Shown here one piece after another: positions 48,531 to 61,196 of a stretch of 64,000 bases of DNA; the first letter of the stretch is position 1; every line of letters begins with the position of its first letter. Below the pieces are notes generated by a model, which saw nothing but the letters and a program-made list of their open reading frames with translations, was not told where the DNA came from and did no database searches. This stretch comes from Felis catus. Lineage: Eukaryota. Both the position numbers and the translations under genes were made by a program. Location of the stretch: the NCBI RefSeq assembly GCF_018350175.1, contig NC_058377.1, positions 114,948,001 through 115,012,000 of the forward strand, written 5' to 3'.

Positions 48531-49000
48531 GACGCGCGAGGGGTCCCAGACTGGCGGGCGGCGGGCTCGGGCCGGGCTGGTGCGGTGGGACGAGGACGCA
48601 CAAGTTGGAGGAGAAGGGGGGTCGGGGGTGGGGGACGGCCCCCTCCGTCCACCCGGCGGTCCCTCCAGGCGCAGGGCAGCCACTGCCCACCGCACACTGC
48701 GCTGCTCCGGACCCACTGTGCGTGTGACAGCGGCTGATCTGTCCCTGGGCAGCGCGACCGCCCCGGCCCCTCTGTGACCCTGCTCCGTCGGGCAGGGGAC
48801 AGCCACACCAGGTGGGAGGGTGAGCACCGAGGCGAGCAGAGGCCAGGGCGCCCCTGTGGACCAGGTCTGCGTATCTGCGCTCAGCAGGGGGGTGGGGGGA
48901 AAGGGGAAACATCTTGGGACTTCCCTGCCCTCCCTATGAGGGGGCTCAGGTGGGCCAGATGCGCCCTAGGAGGGAACTTTCTTTTCCTTGTGTGTTTCAG
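48529..49000 (+). other. Putative intron of the MIR210 host transcript containing the hairpin
   Basis: Donor CAG|GTGACG at 48528/48529 and acceptor ttttccttgtgtgtttcag at 49000 bracket the pre-miRNA, as expected for an intronic miR-210. Inferred, no transcript data. Confidence 0.55.
48651..48760 (+). ncRNA. MIR210: microRNA-210 precursor
   Basis: Mature 3p CTGTGCGTGTGACAGCGGCTGA at 48716-48737 and 5p AGCCACTGCCCACCGCACACTG at 48678-48699 in a complementary hairpin. Confidence 0.98.
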
Positions 49001-51769
49001 GTGCCAGGATGTGCAGAGTTACCGGGACGGTCTTCTGAACGTTGCCAAGCTGAGGGCAGCCTTGGGCAGGCAACGGGTGTTGTGGTCAGACCTTTGGCAC
49101 TCAGGACCGGAGCCCCCACTACTGGCCTCTTGAGGGCCATCTCTGGGAACTTTCTTAAGGAAGATGGTGCCAAATTTGGCTTTTCTGTGCATTTCTGCCT
49201 CTTAAACAAGGCCGCTAAAAGAGTTGGGATGCGGAGGACCTGCTTGTGGTGACCAGCAACATGCTCTCCCGGAGGTGGGGGTACCTGGCAGAGCCCCCAG
49301 CCCATCTTCCAGGCCTGCTTTCTCTGCCGTGGGTTCTCAGTCCGCTGTGAAAACCTGCTGGTTGTGGGGCATGCCCAGAGCAGTCTGCTGGTGTGCAGGT
49401 GCCAGGACACTTCCCGCAGGCCTGGTGTCCTCTCCCGGACAGTGGGGGTTGACAGCTGGAACTGGGTCTGTGATTGCCAGAACAGCCTGAGGGAGAGGCG
49501 GGATTAGTTGAGGACTGGCATGGAGTTGGGCTCACTTTTGGAGGGACCCTGTCCTAAAGGTCACCGTGGCGTACCGAGTGTCACACCCAGCAGGTCTAGT
49601 AGGGCCGCGTTCTGCAGGTGACAGGGAGGCGTGCATAGCCTTGGGGTTGAGAACCGGTGGAGCTGATTGGCTGCCACAGGGCAATGACTTGCTGTGGGTG
49701 ACCCTTCAGTGAGCCCCGGTGTTCTCAGCCAACCCAAAAGGCCACTTTTGCACGGGGGGGGGGGGGGGGGAGCAAGAACCCTGAGGTCAGGAGGGGCTCC
49801 AGTGCCAGCCCCCAACACAGCCTGGCCCTCCAGAGACTCATGATGACGGCTGCCTGTGTACTCACACCAGGCTTGCCTGGGGAGCTGGCCTGGCCTGGAC
49901 CTGCCCTGCCATGGACTGATGTGTGTGTTTGTGTGTGTGGGAGCTGGGCCTCTTCTTACCTCAACAGAACTCACATCATTGTTTTCAAAGTACAGTTTAA
50001 AGCTCAAAAGTAAACTTCAGCAACTCCAAGGTTTGCTTAGTGATTTGAAGCACTTCTGGCAACTTCTTGGGGACGTGGGATTTTGTCCTCCTGGAACACC
50101 TAGAGGAAGAAGGTCCTGTCCCTTTCCCCACCCTAGAGCACAGGTGCTACCTGAGGACCCCTCCAAGGTTCAAAAGAGGGCTCATCAGCTTCCTCAACCA
50201 GCAGCAGACCAGGGACAGGTCCCTGGAAACGGCTTCTGAACAGATGTTCCCTGAAAACAGACGCAGGAGCCTGGCGGAGGGGTGGGGTGGGGTGAGCTCT
50301 GTGAGCACCAGGCCTATGTCCTTTGGTTGGTGGGAGAGCAGATAACCCTGGGAGGGCGTGGCCTCGTCTCCAGATGGCACCTGGCTTTGCCCTCTGCTGG
50401 CCAGTGCACTCAGCTTGGGAGATGACCCTGTGTTGGGGCTCAGGACAGGCCCCCTGGGGCACACCTAGCCCTTCTGCACACAGGTAGGGCTGCGGGCAGG
50501 GAGAGCAGACCCCTGGAGCCTGGTGCTGATTGCCCGTGGCCCCAGCCCTCTCACCCAGGACACAGCACAGTCAGCATTTGCATTCCAGACTATATCCCAC
50601 GTGCCTGTTCGCTTAGCCCTGTCTGGAATGGGCTGCTGTGAGGTGGGCAGTGAGCTCAGGTGGGAGCTGGGTTAGGGCTGGGGGCTTTAGAGTGAGGAGC
50701 CCCCTGCTGCTGCCTGGCCTGGCCATTCACTCCCTATCCTGTTCCACCTTGGGCAGGAAGTGCCCAGTCCTAGTTGCCCCCCCCCACCCCCTACCCCAAG
50801 CTGTGCTCTCAAGGTGGCATTGCCTCTTGGTGGCTTCCTTGCTCCTGGTACTCAGGACTTCATGTCCCCCGTGGTCGGCCCCAAAGGAAGTGGGGAACAC
50901 CAGGCCCAGCTCAGGGGCCACTCCAGAAGGCTGAGTCTGTCCCACAGTTGCCAACCCCCAAACTCAGCACAAAGACCCCCATCATCTAGGATGCCCCCCT
51001 CTCCTGTTCCCCATGCCTGTGGCTGCACTGAGCACCTGGGTTCTGACCACCACAAAGAGCTCCAGTCTCAGCCACTGTGCTCAGAGGTGTGACTGCAGGA
51101 CCAGGACCAGGACTGCGGCCTGGACGTCACTCTGCCCTAATTTGGAGGCCGCAGGCACACAGCTGAGGCTTCACATCCAGCTGGGAAGCAGGGGGGCCCT
51201 CGGGAAGGCTGGGCAGCCACACCCTCATGGGGCCTACAAAGCTCCTCTGGGCAGGGCTGCTGCTTCCTTGGTCCTGGCCGACCAGGAGTCTGGGGAGCTG
51301 CCCCCACAAGCTCTCAGTAAACCTGACAGGCAGGTCTGGCATGTCCTTAAGTCCCCATGTCCAGGAGCCACCCCAGATGGGGTGGCAGTTCCTGCTCCTG
51401 CTGAGGGTTAGGCCAGAAGAGGGGAACCAGGCAGACAAGAGGTCCACACAGGAACCCGGGCCGGGGCTGAGGCTGCTGCAAGCAGTACAGTCGTACCGTC
51501 CGACTTTCAACCCCAGGCTTGCGCTGCCAAGGAGAGCCCCTGGGGGTGGGCGGGCAGAGCAGCCTGAAAGGCGAGGCCCCACAAATGCTCCCAGGCTTTA
51601 GGCCCAGCTGACCGCTGGCCCCTGGGAGACGCCCTGCTCAAGAGCCCCAGTTGCGGCCAGCCCCGGGTAGCTTGGGGATACTGCCCAGTGACCCCAGCCA
51701 GTCTCGGTTTCAGGCCCCACAGACGCTGTCCGGTGCAACCTTGGGACACACTCGAGCCATTTGGGGCAG

Positions 51770-51775
51770 TTTATT
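51770..51775 (-). terminator. Polyadenylation signal of RASSF7
   Basis: TTTATT on + (AATAAA on -), about 450 nt past the stop codon. Confidence 0.7.
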
Positions 51776-52225
51776 GAGGCTTTAGGGTCAGGGTAGGGGA
51801 GGCAGCATACCTGTGTGTGTGTGCACACGTGTGATGAAGGACACTTCCCACATGCAAGCACACACCCAGAGTTGAGCAGTGTCCACATATCATCTCCCAT
51901 CCCCTACAAGGAGCCATGGCCTTTGGGGCCTAGCGAATTCTGAGCCGGTCGTGCCCCCTGCTTCTCCAAGGGGCCGGCAGACTTGGCAAGGACTAGGGCA
52001 AGCACCCTCAGCCTCCCGCTGCCCCCCAGAGCAGAACCCCCTGGGCTCTGAGGCATTCTGTCTCAGGCCCAGGGCACCAGGCCTTCCCACTCCATGGGCA
52101 ATAAACCCTCTGGGACCCCTGATGCTGCCGTTGTCCAAGTCGGGCCCCGCCTTGGCTGCCCACGCTCATGTCATGGGAGCCCAGGGCTGGGCTGGCAGTG
52201 GATGTCCATTCTGGGGCAAGAGCTG

Positions 52226-53777
52226 CTACCTCCAGGAGTTCTGCCTCATGGGGACAACTGTGGGGAGGACACAGGCTGAGGGACTGAGGAGGCCACAGGA
52301 GAACCCTGACCCACCCAGAATGGGGGGGACAGACATACTCTCTGGGCTCAGGCTGGACACTAGAGCAGGACCGTGGGAGGTTCTGGTGAAAGGCTCTTCT
52401 CTGGCCAGAGGCAGAAGATCCTATGGGGAGAGCAGATCAGCTTAGGACTGGGCCAGGCCTCCCCTGCCACCCAGCCTCCCTCCAGAACGGCGCTGACCTG
52501 TGCGCCAGGGGGGCCCCCATCTGGCTGCGGCGGTGGTGGCGGCGCAGCCCCCGTCTGCTGGATGAACTGCTGCAGGTTACACTGGCGGAGCTCCCGGTTC
52601 AGCTCCTCTAGTTCCTGGGCCTGGGCCTGGGGCACAGGGCACCCTCAGGAGACGGCCGTGGAGCCCCACGGTCACACCCTGGTCACACCCTGACACCCGC
52701 CCCCCAAGCTGCCCATGCTGGGGATGTCAGCAGGCGCTCGGGGCCCAGGGGGGCTTACCTGCAGAGCACGCTCGGCAGCCTCCAGAGCCCTGCTGACCAG
52801 GGCCAGGCTGCCCTGCACCTCCGCGCTCTGCCGCTCCTGGACGGCCAGGTCCTGGCGCAGGCGTTCGGTGGCAGATGCCGTGGGTGAGGGGGGCCCGGGG
52901 GCCTCTGAGGCCAGATGGAGTTCGGCCTCCAGGGCACGGGCCTGGGCATCCAGGGCCTGCAGCCGGGCGGCGTGCTCGGCAGTGGCGGCGCTCAGGGCTT
53001 GCAGGCGTGCCTGCCCCTCACGCTCCCGCACCTGCTCCCGCCTGAGCTCCTGCTCCCAGAAGGCCTCCTGACCCAGCTCCAGTGCGTTCCTCCGCACCCT
53101 TCGCTCCAGGCCCTGCAGGTCTGCACAGGAGCCTGGCATTGGTGCTACGGGGGCCACAGGCTCGGGCAGCGCAGGGATGGGGGCCAGCCCAGGGCACCCA
53201 AGGCTGAAGGTCAGTGCTTTGCGGGGCTCGTGGCCCAGGGCTGGCCGTGGCTTCGGGGGGAGGCTGGCCCGGACTGGGCACCGTTCAGGAGGTGGGCAGC
53301 TGTCTGAGGAGGGCCTTCCTGCGAGGCTGGGCCCTGTTCGCCTCAGGACAAACTGGACATCACTGGCAAACTGTCCACAAGTGGCCTGGGCACCCACTGG
53401 ACACTCCTGGGGCAGCAGCTGCCGTTCCTTCTCCCTGAGACGCTGCACGAGCACAAAGCGGCCCGTCTGGCCTGGGGTAGGAGGAGAGGGGTCAGCCTAG
53501 ATTCCCTCCACCCTCCATCCACCTGGCTTGAGAAGTTGAGGGAGAGCAACAGGGATCAGCAACCAGCCCCACCCTCCTTGGGGGAAAGGGGCCATAGGAG
53601 CAGGCCCAGTCTCGGGTGCACCTGCTGGGCCATCCGTGCCAGAAAGGACTCACCTATTGCTTGGGCTAGCGCGATGACCACTTCCTGACAGGTGGTCTGC
53701 TCTGAGACCCCACAGACCACGCGCTGTATGCCATCCACCCACACCTTCAGCTCCATGGCTGCTAGCCCTGAGAGCAT
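52226..53777 (-). CDS. RASSF7: Ras association domain family member 7, 5 coding exons, 359 aa
   Basis: Exons: 53654-53777, 52759-53471, 52498-52626, 52339-52420, 52226-52257; total 1080 nt. N-terminal RA domain [45 protein letters not shown], coiled coil [24 protein letters not shown], ends [10 protein letters not shown]. Confidence 0.95.
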
Positions 53778-54049
53778 CCCTGTCCTGCACGGAGGGTGAA
53801 GGCCACAGAGTCAGGCCCAGCCTGGCTCTCCTCTCTTCCCCCAGAACTGGCTCAGGGTTACTGTCCCCCTGACGTCAGCCCCGCTCTCCTGTGCCCAGCC
53901 CCACCCGTAGGCCACACATTCTTGGGGTGGGAGTAGTGGAGACCCCCCCCCCCCCGCAGGGGGAACCAGTCCGCTCTCAAGGGGCACTTTGAGGCTCCTC
54001 CACTGCCCAGCCTCCTCTCGCCTCACCCCAATCCCGGAACGAGGCGAAT

Positions 54050-55050
54050 CATTAACCAGATCCAGGACTTCCTGCCTCCCCAGTCACCTGGCTCGAAGGG
54101 CACTGCCCCTCCCACGGGACGCCGTCCTCAGGCACCCAAGGGCGCCCTCACGAAAACACGGCTTCCCTCTGCCATGGGAACGCCCCCTCGCCCGAGACGC
54201 AGACCTCGGCCCTCCGGAGGCACGGAACCGCGCCTGGGCGGTCCCTGCCGGCGCGGGCAGCCCCCTTCCCGCTCCCCACAGCCGCCGCGCTTGCCGTCTC
54301 TGCGGCGGGGGCCGTTGCAGGTGCTGCGGGGCCCCCCACGGCCGCCCAGCCCGCGCCCCTCCGTCGGAGTTGCCGCCCGGGGCCGTGCCCCGCACTCGGG
54401 AGGATCTGGGGCCCTGCGCTTCTCACCTGGGCGTTCGCCGGCCTCCCGGACCTAGGCTCGAACTGGCTGCTTCCCGGCGGCCGGCGCCGTCGCCGCCGCA
54501 ACCTGCCGCCTCCAGCGCGGCGGGCGAGCCCCGGCCCGCAGCTCCATTGGCCCGCAGCCCGAGCGCCCCGCCCCGAGCGCCCCCATTGGTTCCCACCATC
54601 GCCTCGTCCGCCCCGCGCCCACGCCCATTGGCTACCTCTCTGAGCCCCGCCCCTCCCATTGGCTCCCCGCCCGCCCCGCCCTCAGCGGCGCCCAGGTGTG
54701 GGCGGAGCTCGGCAGCGCGGAGGGGCGGGCCGAGCCTGGTCCACGCACGCCTGAGGACCGCGAACTACGCGGAAGCGCGTCCCTGGCCCCCGGGCGGCGC
54801 GTGGGACAGGTGTCTGGCTCCGCTCCCGGGCCGACCTCCTCAGAAACCTCCCAGTCTGATGAGTCTTTTGCCTAGAGAGGGAGCGCCGGCCTGGGACCCT
54901 GCAGCTTCTGCGCCGAGAGGGGCAGCGGGGTCCCCAAGGCCAGGGCCCCACCGACCTTGCTCCCTTAGGGCGCGTCGTCGGGACGCACAGGGGTCGGGGA
55001 ACCGTGAGCCCCCGCGGGAGGGAGGTGGAGCTGGCGGGCCACTGCAGCCA
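54050..55050. promoter_or_regulatory. CpG island / bidirectional promoter shared by RASSF7 and LMNTD2
   Basis: CpG-dense; four ATTGG (CCAAT) boxes at 54546, 54585, 54627 and 54658 interleaved with GC boxes; RASSF7 non-coding exon donor at 54427/54426. Confidence 0.75.
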
Positions 55051-55349
55051 GGTTGGCAATCCTGGTGAGGGGAGAAGGCCGCCTTCAGGTTGCTGGGGAC
55101 AAAGCAAGACATAGACCCTGGGCTCTTTTCCCCCACCCCTGCCTGCCCTCAGTGGAGCTCGGTGCCCTCTCGAGTTGTGGACGCCCGCGGGCACACTCCA
55201 GCCTGGTAGGACCCAAGCCAGCTAGGCAGCCAGGGTGCCTCACAGCCTCAATGCTGTCTGTGGACCAGGCATTCAGAGCCCTGTTTCTGCCACGGGGGTC
55301 CTCCTGCCAGCCTGTATGTTCCGCAGCACAGGAAGTCCAACAAAAACTC

Positions 55350-55532
55350 NNNNNNNNNNNNNNNNNNNNNNNNNNNNNNNNNNNNNNNNNNNNNNNNNNN
55401 NNNNNNNNNNNNNNNNNNNNNNNNNNNNNNNNNNNNNNNNNNNNNNNNNNNNNNNNNNNNNNNNNNNNNNNNNNNNNNNNNNNNNNNNNNNNNNNNNNNN
55501 NNNNNNNNNNNNNNNNNNNNNNNNNNNNNNNN
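55350..55532. other. Assembly gap (183 N)
   Basis: Run of N characters. Confidence 1.
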
Positions 55533-56556
55533 TGGAGAGCATCAGTTTGTGTGTCAGATCTGGTGCTTCATTTTTGGTGTGGGGCAGAGGGAACAGTTAT
55601 CGTGGTCATGAGAGGTTCCCCGGGGCTCCCTGAGGTGACCCAGGTGGTAGAGATGGATGGGGGCAGGGGGGGCTTCTTGCTTGGGGGCCAGGTAGGTGGG
55701 CATCAGCCTCTGAGGACAAAGAAGCTGTGGGAAACGCTCAGGAGGGCCTCACTGCCGGTTAGAGTTCAGTAAGCCCCCACATACAGGGCAGCAATGCCCC
55801 CGATACCCACCAAGTGCCACAGTCAGGCAGTCAGGCTGGGGGTGGTGGACTGTGTGGCCACGGCAGGCCTGGCTGGTCGCTCTGTGGTTCCCTGGGCCTC
55901 CTGAGGTTCACTGGCCGACAACCCAGCCTCTTACCACTTCTCCTTCAGGCAGGATCTGGAGGTGGGTCCAGGACTCACTCAGGGTCCTGGTCTGGGGTCT
56001 CCCTGGAAGCTGCTGGTAACAAACAGCCCCTCCCCTTTTGGTGCTGGTATCCATGGCAACACTGTAAAGCCTTTCTTTCCCTAGGCCTGCTTGGGTTTCA
56101 GGCCTCAGGTGAGTGTTGGGGGTAAGGCCCTGGGTCTGGGGGCATCACGGGCAAAGGATTAACACCTCTGGGGACCTTTGCCTTAGGCTGAGGGCAGGAC
56201 CTCAGGTCGTAGAGGGCAAGGGTGACAGAGAGACAACAGGAAATGTGCAAACATCCTGGTGACATGTTGCTTGGGGAAGGGGGTGGGGGACAGTTATCTG
56301 CCGCCTTGTCCTGGTCAGAAACACACAGACGTAGACACACATGTGGCCGGCAATCTGGTGTCCTGGGGGCGTGCACGTGCGCATGCACACGCACGCGCGC
56401 ACACACACAAGGGCATTTTTGGAGTGATGCTGTCTAGGGCTGTCAGACACAGGCACACGCTTGTGGCCATGAAAGAAGAGCCCCACGTGGTACCTACCCA
56501 TGGGACACAGGATGACAGCCACACTACCCATCTCAGCTCCCCCAGGAACATCGAGA

Positions 56557-59500
56557 ATGGCCCCTGAGCCTTGCCAAGAGGCTGAAAAAGCTGAGAGACA
56601 GGCTGCCTTATCCCTGGCGGACGAAGAGCCGGTCAGTGACCACCCGGAGCCTCCAGCTGGCCCACCCAAAGACCCAGTGGCTTCTGCATGCCTGAAGGAC
56701 ACCAAGCCCAGCTCCACGCCCGTGGTCTTCCCCGTCAACCTGCAGTAAGGAAGCGAGGGAGGGGTGGTCAGCTGGAGGGCAGGGCCTGATCAAGTGGCAA
56801 GGGTGCTGGCATTGCAGGTTGGCCCCTGAGTCCTTGGACCCCCGCACCCTGCGGCTGCTGTGGGGTCAGCGGGAACTGGAGATCCAGGCTCTGCGGTGGA
56901 CCATCCGGAACCGCCAGAATGCCCGGCGCTGCCACATCCTGTACGAGGTGGCTGGACTGCCACCCGAGAGGTGAGCAGCAAAGTGCCAGTCCTTCGGCCC
57001 AACCCAGCCTCTGTCCTGGCCTGAAATGGCTTTTGTCTGCCCTCATCCCCAACCGCTGGGGCTGACCAACACTCCGGCCTGATAATTACCCTGACTTTTG
57101 CCTCTAGCCCTTATCCTTACCTGACTCTGACCCCCCGACCTAACCCTGAAAGAGTGAATGTGCTGTAAACCTGCCCAGACCCTGGCTCTAAACATGTCGA
57201 TGGCCGCTGTACCTAGACTCGACCTATGACCCACACCTCTCAGAACCCGACCTGGCCTGGCCCGGTGGGACTCTGTGCCCTTAGGCCTCCACTGTCAGTG
57301 AAGAGGAGCCCCTCCTCCTCCCTTCCTTGGCTACTGACCTCGAGGTGGGGGCTGCTGAGATGGCCCCTCCCCCAGTTGCTCACACAGTCAGGAGAAGCTT
57401 CTGCAGAACCAGGTCCAGAAGCTGACTCTGGAGTTGAAAGGGCAGAAGGAACAGGCCCAACTGGTGAGGGGCAGGTGGGATCAGGAGTTGGTCAGGGGAC
57501 CCAGGCTGGGGTGAGGATCAGGGGCCAGGTAGGGGTTGGCTCCGGGGGTGGGGAGAAGGCCCTGCCCCACCCACGCACCCTCCCGGAGCAGGAGAAGTCC
57601 CAGCTGGAGACTGAGCTGCAGGCGTTCCAGAGGTCCTGCCTCCTGCAGCTGGCCCGCTCCTCCTGGGTGGGTCGCGTGCTGCGATCTTCCACCGGCAGCG
57701 TGGAGGTAAGCCCCATTCGTCCCACCCTCCTGCCTCCCACGTCCCGCTCCCCAGCCCTCCTTGGACTTCCCTTGGAGAGCCAGGGTGTCCCTTCCAGGCT
57801 GGTGCTTCCGCTGGGGGGCCCTGGCCTGCCTGGGAAGCCTGACCCCCAGGACCGTGGTCTAAGGCAGGGAGGAACCCCCTGGTTCCGCCCACCTGATGCA
57901 CAGCCAATGTGTGCCTGGGGTGCTGGTGAGGCTCCAAGGGGAGAGGCTCGTTCCCCGGCTCCCGCCCACTGGCCTCCACTCCCCTTCTGCAGGTGGTAAC
58001 TGCAGAAACGCTGATGGACTCCAGTGACCTCTCTGAGAATGATCAGGTCCCCTCTACTGGAGAGGTAAGCAAGGCCCCCCGTGTGCTTTCATGGCTCGGT
58101 GGGCCCGTGGGAGGGGAGAGCCATGTTCCTGTTGCTTCCTGGCCAGGGTTTCCGGCTGGAGGACGTAGACTGGAACAGCATTGCCCATCGGTATCCCAAC
58201 CTCCTCGCCAACATCAAGTCCAACTCAGATCAAAAGTAACTGTGCTGGTCAGGGACTCCTGCGGGGGTGAAGGGAGGAGAGGGCGTGCCTTGGCATGTGT
58301 GCACCAGAGTCCAAGATCTCCCCTTAGTGTCCCTGGACGAGCCACTGACACCTCCCAAGGTCAATTCTCTGATCTACAGGAGGAGGTGAAGGTTGAAGGG
58401 AAAGGGCTCCTGAGCCATCACAGTCCATCTATGGCCTTTCTCCCAGGCTGGGTCCCAGGGACTGGAACCACAACTCGGGGTGCCCCGCCCACCTTGGGGA
58501 GGTTAGATGGGGGCAGGGCTGGAGTTCAGAAGCCAGAGCCAGCAGGCAGCAAGCAGGTCAGCAGACTGTGGCCCACAGGCACCCCCGGGCCTTGCCATCC
58601 CCACCGGCCCCAGTGCCTGGCCAGTGGGGCTCGGAGCTGCATAGAGAGTGTGTGGAACAGCATCTCAAGAGTGTCGAGTGGCGTTCCCTGCCCTCTGTGG
58701 GCACCAGCAGCTCAGGGGGCACAGACTCCAATCCCGGCAGTGGCTGGCTGGCTGAGCCTCATCGCGTGCAGAAGGTGACGGGACAGCCACCCTGCGCTGC
58801 AGGCCGCAGTTCTGAGTTGACAAAACCACACCGGAGGAGCTTCGGCAGGGAAATGCAGGCACTGCCTGAAGGTGGGGTACGGCGGGTCTCCCTGGTGGCT
58901 CCTCCCTCCCCCCACCGTGAGGCTGGGATCTCCGCCCCAAACCCTAAACAGCCCTCTCCAGCAGCTTGGTCTCCCCAACAGCTCAGTGCAAGGCCGCTTG
59001 GGGGCCTCTCCTGCCTCATCCCCAGGGGTGTGGGTGGCCTTGGGTGAGACGCTACCTCCTCTGCACTCTGGCTCGCTCCCTCCCACCCCTCCCCAGCACT
59101 TTGAGCTGTCCCTCCTCTTCCCTCAGCCCCCAGGGCCATCCCTCCTGCTGTGGATCTGACCCCTGGAGCTGTTCCTCTCCCACGTGCGGCCTCAGGGTAC
59201 TGCAGGTTAGTCTGGCCTCCTGTTCGATGTCCCCAGAGGATGCTCCATATGGAGGTCCTCTTTCCGACAGGTCTCTCCCTGGATCCCTGGAACCCCCCCC
59301 GCCCCCCCCCCCCCCCCCCCGAGACCCACCTGGTAAGACGGTCCTGACAGGGGAGTCCTGTGCAGACTCAGAGCACGGGCATCCCAGGCACCGCCTCCGT
59401 GGGAGGGGAGGGGGGTGACACGGGGTGGGGGTGGGGGACCCCAGCAGGGGTGGGTCTCCTAGCAGGACCGCGGTGGAGGGGTGCCCACGCCTCTCTGCGG

Positions 59501-61100
59501 TGCCTCTACCCTCCCTGCTCACCCGCCCAGCCCCATTAACTCCAGCCTGAAGATCGTGGCCGTGAGCCGCAAGGAGAGGTTCGTGCGCGTGCTCAACCAG
59601 TCGCTGGAGGAGACCGCCGACCTGGGCGGCCTCACGCTGCGGCAGCTCCTGTACGGCTTCCCGGTGTGCATGTACCGCTTCCCGCCCGGCACGCTGCTGG
59701 CTCCAGGGCACCACGTTACGGTGCGCCCCGCTCCCCGCCAGCCCTCGTGGCCTTTGCTCCGGCCCCCACCGCCCCTCACCCGCCGCCCCGCGCTGTCCAG
59801 CAGGTTTGGGGCGAGGGCCCCGGCAGCACCAAGAAGCAGCCGCCGTCGTCCTTGGGCCAAGAGCCTGTCCACTTCCATTCCGGCCGGGGATGCGTGACTC
59901 TCCTCCTGAACCCCAAGGGCGAGGTCAGGGTGCGTCTCAGACCGGGATGGGGTGGGCGGAGAGCCCCGCGGGCTGGGGGTGACCGCTGCGCCCCTGCCGG
60001 ACGGCCCGCAGGTCCTGAGCGAGCACCGGGCCCCCCACTGCGTGACCCCGGTCTCGAGGATCTTCGCTGACAACACCGACCTCTCCGTAGACCGCTTCCC
60101 CCTCTCAGAGGACGGGCTTGGGGCCGACCCCGGGCAGCAGAGTCGCGGGCCTCAACACTCGCGCGGGGGCAGGGTGCGGGAGGCCGGAGCCAGACGCCGG
60201 AGGCCCAGGTGGGCACCGCGGGTCCCTGGGTCTCCTCTGCCTCCCAGGACCCACCCCCGCAAGAACCATCCCCCCAGACTCCCTGCTAAGGGACCATTCC
60301 CTTGCCTCAGGTCCAATCCCCTCTGAGGCCGCTCTCCAGACGGGTTCCCGTGCAGGACCACCACCCACCTCCCCGGGTCCGTCCTCGCCGCCCCCCCCCG
60401 CCCCCCCCCCCCCAGTAATTCAAGAGCGCTCCCACGCGGCGTGCCCTGCAGGACCAGCCCCTGGCTCCCGCCTCCCCAGGCCCCTTCCCCTCCAGGACTG
60501 CCCTTCCCGCGGGCGGGCTCCGGACCTCACGACCCTCCTGCCCCACCAGGACGCGGGGCCTCTTGCCGCGGCTGAGCACCAGCAAGCTCTTCCGCCCGCG
60601 GGAGGTGCCGGCGAGGCCCGAGGCCGCCGAGACCCGCACGCCCGAGCTCCTGCCCGCCTTGCCCGGTGAGCGCACGGGGACGCGGAGGGCGGGCGGACCG
60701 CCGGGGAGTGGGAGTCCGGCCGACCCCATCCCGTCGCTGTCCCTCGCAGAGGCCGGGCTGTGCCTGGAGCACTGCGGGGCTAGCAAGGAGCACAGGGTCC
60801 GGGTGAGCGCGCGCGCGTGCGGGCTGTGGCGGGATACCCGAGCTCCCGCGGGGTCCTCCTCCCCGCCCCTCCCCTCCCCTCCCCTCCCCTCCCCTCCCCT
60901 CCCCTGCGCCGCTCGGGCTCCGCCCCTCCAGGCCCCGCCCCCGCGCCGCTCAGGCTCCGCCCCCCCAGGTGTGCCGGAGGAGCGTGGACCTGGGCTGCCC
61001 GATGGTAGCGCTGTCAGTGCAGAGCACGGCTGAGAGCAGATACGGCTTCCGCTTCCTCCCCTGCCCGCCGGTCACCGCGGACCCGGGCGCTCGGGTGTAG
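56557..61100 (+). CDS. LMNTD2: Lamin tail domain-containing protein 2, about 14 coding exons, about 622 aa
   Basis: Exons: 56557-56744, 56818-56970, 57376-57463, 57592-57705, 57993-58064, 58147-58235, 58579-58871, 59127-59205 (least certain), 59546-59720, 59804-59923, 60012-60208, 60550-60665, 60750-60802, 60969-61100; total 1869 nt. Motifs LDPRTLRLLWGQRELEIQALRW, SCLLQLARSSWVGRVLRS, GFRLEDVDWNSIA and lamin-tail domain LKIVAVSRKERFVRVLN...YRFPPGTLLAPGHHVTVWG. Confidence 0.9.
60866..60905. repeat. (CCCCT)8 pentanucleotide microsatellite in the last LMNTD2 intron
   Basis: Eight perfect CCCCT units. Confidence 0.95.
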
Positions 61101-61190
61101 AAGGTGGAGGGCAGCGCGGGCGTGGGCGCCCAAGGCCGATGGGCCGCGCTGGGAGAAAGTCGTGGGAGACCAGCAGTGCCAGCTGCACAA

Positions 61191-61196
61191 TTTATT
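61191..61196 (-). terminator. Polyadenylation signal of LRRC56
   Basis: TTTATT on + (AATAAA on -), about 525 nt past the LRRC56 stop. Confidence 0.7.

Noticed and set aside
48678-48699. miR-210-5p differs from human (AGCCAC vs AGCCCC)
   Set aside because: Matches the common non-primate form as I recall; the guide 3p strand is identical.
47608-48777. 389-aa ORF (and overlapping 246-283-aa ORFs) across the MIR210 promoter and hairpin
   Set aside because: GC-island artefact: several frames on both strands are open, composition is low-complexity, and it runs through the miRNA hairpin. No coding evidence.
53989-55068. 359-aa ORF over the RASSF7/LMNTD2 promoter
   Set aside because: CpG-island stop depletion; Pro/Ala/Arg-rich product with no domain.
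55350-55532. Hidden element in the N gap
   Set aside because: No sequence available; flanks are ordinary intronic DNA upstream of the LMNTD2 start.
58872-59126. Additional LMNTD2 exon at about 58961-59043
   Set aside because: The 58982 acceptor gives a phase-0 end that cannot join the phase-2 lamin-tail exon. The 58961 acceptor is phase-compatible only as a replacement for 59127-59205, which has better splice sites and closes the frame.
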